A stretch of 64,000 nucleotides of DNA from Candidatus Moraniibacteriota bacterium (GTDB lineage: Bacteria > Patescibacteriota > Minisyncoccia > Moranbacterales > DUUL01): contig JAXHLG010000002.1 in NCBI GenBank assembly GCA_034522495.1, positions 1,000,486-1,064,485 on the forward strand, given 5' to 3'. The translations under genes and the position numbers were made by a program. Positions within the stretch are counted from its first letter, which is position 1; the number at the start of each line of letters is the position of its first letter. Shown piece by piece: positions 60,289 through 64,000 of the stretch. The notes beneath the pieces were generated by a model. The model saw nothing but the letters and a program-made list of their open reading frames with translations, was not told where the DNA came from and did not search any database.

Positions 60289-63200
60289 ATTGTTCTCCCG
60301 CCACTCTATAGACTTCTTCCAGGGTAGTTTCTCCTCTTATGACTCTTAAAATGCCGTCTTGATACATAGTAATCATTCCCTTTTCTATAGCTTTGTTTTC
60401 AATCTCGCTGGTCGTCGGCTTCTCTGTTAAATATTTTTCCATTTCTTCATCCACTTGAAGCATTTCAGCCACCGGCAATCTGCCTTTGTAACCTATGTTG
60501 CCACACTCGGCGCAACCCGTTGCTTCAAATACAAACTCCGGGATTTCTTTTTTTTCATCAACTTTTAATTTATCTGACATGGAATGGAGAGCCTCTTCAA
60601 TAGTTTTTTTCTCCTCTTTGTTTATCTCTCTTTTTTTCTTGCAGCGCGGGCAAAGCTTTCTTACCAGTCTTTGAGCGATAAAACAATTGGTTCCGCTGGA
60701 AATATCCGAAACACCGACTCCCATATCCACCAGCCGTTGAACAGATCCGGCGGCGTTGTTAGTGTGCAGCGTAGAAACCACCAAATGACCTGTCAGCGCA
60801 GCGCGATAGGCAATTTGAGCCGTTTCTTCATCTCTTATTTCACCCACCATCATAATATCAGGGTTCTGACGCAAAAGCGAGCGCATTGCTTTAGCAAAAG
60901 TGTAATCCTCTTCTTTGTTAACCTGCGTTTGAATAACCCCTTCCATTTGATATTCAATCGGATCTTCAACCGTTATTATTTTTACTTCCGGTTCATTCAG
61001 CTTGCTTAGTATGCTGTATAAAGTAGTAGTCTTTCCGCTTCCGGTAGGACCGGTATTGATAATTATGCCGTTAGGACGGGCGATTTCTTCTTTGAGCATC
61101 CTCAGATTAGGCCCGCTAAAGCCGATTTTTTCAATATCCAGCGCTTTGGCTGATTTATCCAGTATTCTCATAACCACAATATCACCGTATCCTCCTAATA
61201 TAATGGAAACTCTGACTGCAATTTTTTTATTTTCCACTTGATCCAATTTTTCATCCATATTTATACCAAAGCGCCCATCCATAGTGCCTCCCTCTCTTTT
61301 GGAAGTTTCAAACCCGGATAAGCTTTTTACTTGGTTTAATAAAGATAAATAATCATCCAATGGCAATTCCGCCACATCTTGAAGCACTCCATCAATTCGA
61401 TATCGGATTTTGAAAGTATCTTCGCCAGGCTCTATGTGAACATCCCCAGCCCTCATCAGCATTCCACCTAAAAGTATTTGTTTGATCATCTTTTTAACCG
61501 GGGTATTCTCCAACATTTTCTGGAAAGATTTTTTCCCCTCCAGCTCTCCTGCAGTTTTTTCATATTCTTCTTTTTCTATATCAACTCCCCTGGAAAGAGA
61601 CCTGAGCATAATTTTTTCGTAAAGATCGACTAAATAATCCCCTTTGCCGGTGACCCTTTGTATCTCTTTCAAGGAAGTTTCCCCTTCTAAAGCCTTTAGA
61701 ATGCCATCCTGAACCATGGTAATCATTCCCTCTTCCAGCGACTGCCTGGTAATCTCCGTTTCAGAAGCCATATGGATAATTTTCTCCTTTATTTTCTCGC
61801 TGAAAGTCAAAATCTCAAAAATTCCCACCCTGCCTTTGTATCCAATGCCTTTGCACTTTGGACAGCCTTTGGCCTTGTAGAAATGGTTTATGTTTTTTGG
61901 AACCTCGACATTCGCCTTGGGGGAAATCACGGAAAGCATTTTTTTAAGAGTTTCAATAGTATTTTGCGCAGGTTCATAATTTTCCTTGCAGTGGGGGCAC
62001 AAACGGCGCACCAGTCTTTGGGCAATCAAAGCGTTAACTGTGCTGGCGATCTCGTTGGAATCCAGTCCCAGATCCATCATTCGAGAAACAACTGCAGCCG
62101 AGCTATTGGAATGAATAGTGGTCAAAACCAAGTGCCCCGTCATGGCCGACTGCATAGCAATACTAGCTGTCTCATCATCCCTTATCTCTCCCACAAGCAA
62201 AATATCCGGATCCTGACGCACAATAGCCCTTAATCCTTTGGCAAAAGTGTAGCCATGTCGATCACTAACCTGAGTCTGCACAATCCCGGGCATCCTATAT
62301 TCCACCGGATCCTCAATAGTTATAATTTTTTTCTCCGCTTCATTTAATTTGTTTATAATCGAATACAGCGTTGTCGTTTTACCGCTTCCGGTGGGGCCCG
62401 AATTGACAATCACGCCTTCCGTTTTGCTAGTTTGACCAGCTAATCGTTCATAAGCCAACCCTCTCAACCCCAAATTTTCCATTTTTAAATTAGAAATATC
62501 TTGATTCAGCAGTCTCAAAACGATACTTTCGCCGTAACTTCCGGGCAAAATGGAAACTCTGCAGTCAATATTGTCCTCTTCGCTTACTTTGACAGAAAAC
62601 CGTCCGTCCTGAGATATATCATTTACATTAAGCACCATGTCGCCCAACAACTTGACTCTCGAGATAATGTTAGGATAAACATTGGCAGTAAAATTGGCAA
62701 CTGTTTGCAAAACACCGTCGATTCTATATCTAAGCCTAATATTTTGCTTTCTCTGCGGTTCAAAATGAATGTCGGAAGCATCCAGCTTAATAGCTCCGGC
62801 AATGATAACGTTTAAAACTTCCGTGGTGGGAACTTCAGTAATTCGCTTTTCCAGCTTCATTAAACTCTCCAGTTCTCCTTTGAATCCTTCGAGTTCTTCT
62901 TCGCTCACGCTTACCGCCAAATTATCAATTCTATCTTTTAAAGAAGTAAAGTTATAATTTTCCCATGCCTGTTTCATGGCGCTCTTGGAAACCACGTGCA
63001 ACTTAACTTTAACACCGTTTTTTTCTTCCAGTTTGTTTATATATTCTTGCAAGTCTTCCCTCTTGGGGTCCACAGCTCCAACTTTAACTTCTCTGCCAAC
63101 TTTTTTTAGGAGTACAATTTCATACTCTTTAGCTTTTTCCTTGGGTATAAAGTTCAAGTTGACTTGATCAATCGGAAATATATTTAAATCCAGATAAGGA

Positions 63201-63334
63201 CAATCGATTTCTTCTGCATACTTTGCGGCGACCTGTTCTTCAGATCTTTTCCTGCGCTTTTTTAAAGCTCTCTCTCTGTCATAATCCCTCGACCAACTGG
63301 ATTGGGTATATCTTTTATCTCCTGTTTTGGGCAT
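60287..63334 (-). CDS. Tandem double GspE/PilB-type secretion ATPase (two complete modules in one 1015-aa polypeptide)
   Basis: An N-terminal T2SSE_N-like domain comes first. Module 1 has Walker A GPTGSGKTTT (res 313-322), ILLVGEIRD, TGHLVLTTIHSN, and CPHC...CPKC. Module 2 has GPTGSGKTTT (res 762-771), IMMVGEIRD, TGHLVVSTLHTN, and CPRC...CAEC. Confidence 0.9.
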   Translation of the reverse strand: MPKTGDKRYTQSSWSRDYDRERALKKRRKRSEEQVAAKYAEEIDCPYLDLNIFPIDQVNLNFIPKEKAKEYEIVLLKKVGREVKVGAVDPKREDLQEYINKLEEKNGVKVKLHVVSKSAMKQAWENYNFTSLKDRIDNLAVSVSEEELEGFKGELESLMKLEKRITEVPTTEVLNVIIAGAIKLDASDIHFEPQRKQNIRLRYRIDGVLQTVANFTANVYPNIISRVKLLGDMVLNVNDISQDGRFSVKVSEEDNIDCRVSILPGSYGESIVLRLLNQDISNLKMENLGLRGLAYERLAGQTSKTEGVIVNSGPTGSGKTTTLYSIINKLNEAEKKIITIEDPVEYRMPGIVQTQVSDRHGYTFAKGLRAIVRQDPDILLVGEIRDDETASIAMQSAMTGHLVLTTIHSNSSAAVVSRMMDLGLDSNEIASTVNALIAQRLVRRLCPHCKENYEPAQNTIETLKKMLSVISPKANVEVPKNINHFYKAKGCPKCKGIGYKGRVGIFEILTFSEKIKEKIIHMASETEITRQSLEEGMITMVQDGILKALEGETSLKEIQRVTGKGDYLVDLYEKIMLRSLSRGVDIEKEEYEKTAGELEGKKSFQKMLENTPVKKMIKQILLGGMLMRAGDVHIEPGEDTFKIRYRIDGVLQDVAELPLDDYLSLLNQVKSLSGFETSKREGGTMDGRFGINMDEKLDQVENKKIAVRVSIILGGYGDIVVMRILDKSAKALDIEKIGFSGPNLRMLKEEIARPNGIIINTGPTGSGKTTTLYSILSKLNEPEVKIITVEDPIEYQMEGVIQTQVNKEEDYTFAKAMRSLLRQNPDIMMVGEIRDEETAQIAYRAALTGHLVVSTLHTNNAAGSVQRLVDMGVGVSDISSGTNCFIAQRLVRKLCPRCKKKREINKEEKKTIEEALHSMSDKLKVDEKKEIPEFVFEATGCAECGNIGYKGRLPVAEMLQVDEEMEKYLTEKPTTSEIENKAIEKGMITMYQDGILRVIRGETTLEEVYRVAGEQ

Positions 63335-63374
63335 TATTGATTTTTATTAATGATTTATTTTGATTTTATACTTA

Positions 63375-63436
63375 GGGCCTGCCCCGCTCTGCGGGGCAAA
63401 ATATGTAAAAGATTTATATTTTTAAAGCGGTGCGAA
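63375..63436. repeat. Dispersed repeat family A, copy 4
   Basis: The sequence is gggcctgccccgctctgcggggcaaaatatgtaaaagatttatatttttaaagcggtgcgaa. It lies 40 nt upstream of the tandem-GspE start. Confidence 0.85.
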
Positions 63437-63616
63437 ACTTTTCCAATCAAGCGCCAGCTTCCATAATTTCAAAATTCAAAATATTTTTCAATTTATAGCA
63501 CCGGGTTATTGCAATTAATCCACCCACTCTTTTAGAGTAGAACAGCCTTGCGGGGAAACTTGATATTTTGGATTTTTAATTTTAATGTTATTTGGAGCCG
63601 GACGTTTATAATTTTA

Positions 63617-63680
63617 GGAATTACGCGATTACTCTCCGGCAACACCGAGGGCAAAGCAAGAATTAGTTTTATGCGCACTC
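63617..63680. repeat. Family F repeat, left-arm-only copy
   Basis: The sequence ggaattacgcgattactctccggcaacaccgagggcaaagcaagaattagttttatgcgcactc aligns with 28673-28737. Confidence 0.65.
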
Positions 63681-63736
63681 GCCTTTTTTGGCTTATTAAG
63701 ATGTTTTTTAAAAGAAAAGCCTTTGTTTGAAATAAC

Positions 63737-64000
63737 TTACAATCCCTCCGGATCCCTTGGATCGCCATAAATTCTAATATAGTTCTCTGAATCAAACACG
63801 TTGGTTTCCGTTTCTATTTCCACCCTGGAAACCTCGGAAAGGTAGTGGCTGTTTGGAAAAACCATAATGTAATCCCTTCTCTCACCGGCTCTTACCGTAT
63901 TCATAATTTGATAATTAGTTGCCAGCAAATCCCCCTTCTCGTCTCTCAATAAAGACTTTACCTTTATTTCTTCAAAATCCACATCGCTTTTGTTGATCAA
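63737..64000 (-). CDS. Hypothetical protein, C-terminal 87 aa; gene continues past window end
   Basis: The frame is open to the window edge (...DVDFEEIKVKSLLRDEKGDLLATNYQIMNTVRAGERRDYIMVFPN...). I recognised no family. Confidence 0.35.
   Translation of the reverse strand: MINKSDVDFEEIKVKSLLRDEKGDLLATNYQIMNTVRAGERRDYIMVFPNSHYLSEVSRVEIETETNVFDSENYIRIYGDPRDPEGL

Overview
The window is low-GC (by eye roughly 40%), gene-dense bacterial DNA. I infer a reduced Patescibacteria/CPR-type genome from the gene content: DUF4012 proteins, a free-standing four-helix-bundle gene, short housekeeping proteins, GspE/PilB, and few biosynthetic genes. The standard genetic code fits all long ORFs. I found no tRNA or rRNA genes and no CRISPR array.

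Gene content:
- Housekeeping genes: scpA/scpB, ftsQ, glmS, gatC/gatA, ligA, alaS, rpsO, secG, rnj, ruvB, ispG.
- An envelope/polysaccharide locus at 11.5-23.2 kb: two DUF4012 proteins, two GT4 glycosyltransferases, a Wzz-like protein and galE. It is interrupted by an intact IS30-family element.
- A PAPS module: sat-cysC plus cysQ.
- A three-gene cluster of secreted repeat proteins at 32.7-37.4 kb.

Most unusual observations:
1. AlaRS carries an in-frame ITPA/Ham1-type NTP pyrophosphatase domain inserted into its tRNA-recognition region.
2. A 1015-aa polypeptide consists of two complete GspE/PilB secretion ATPase modules in tandem.
3. The intergenic DNA is highly organised:
   - A 131-170 nt nested-hairpin element lies directly 5' of three unrelated genes, always in the same orientation, with a compensatory stem substitution.
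   - The four-helix-bundle gene is bracketed by 65-80 bp inverted repeats, like an rRNA intervening sequence but inside a glycosyltransferase operon.
   - There are at least five further dispersed hairpin/repeat families.
   - Arrays of degenerate 7-8 bp 'words' fill many spacers.

All functional calls come from motif recognition by eye. No database search was run.
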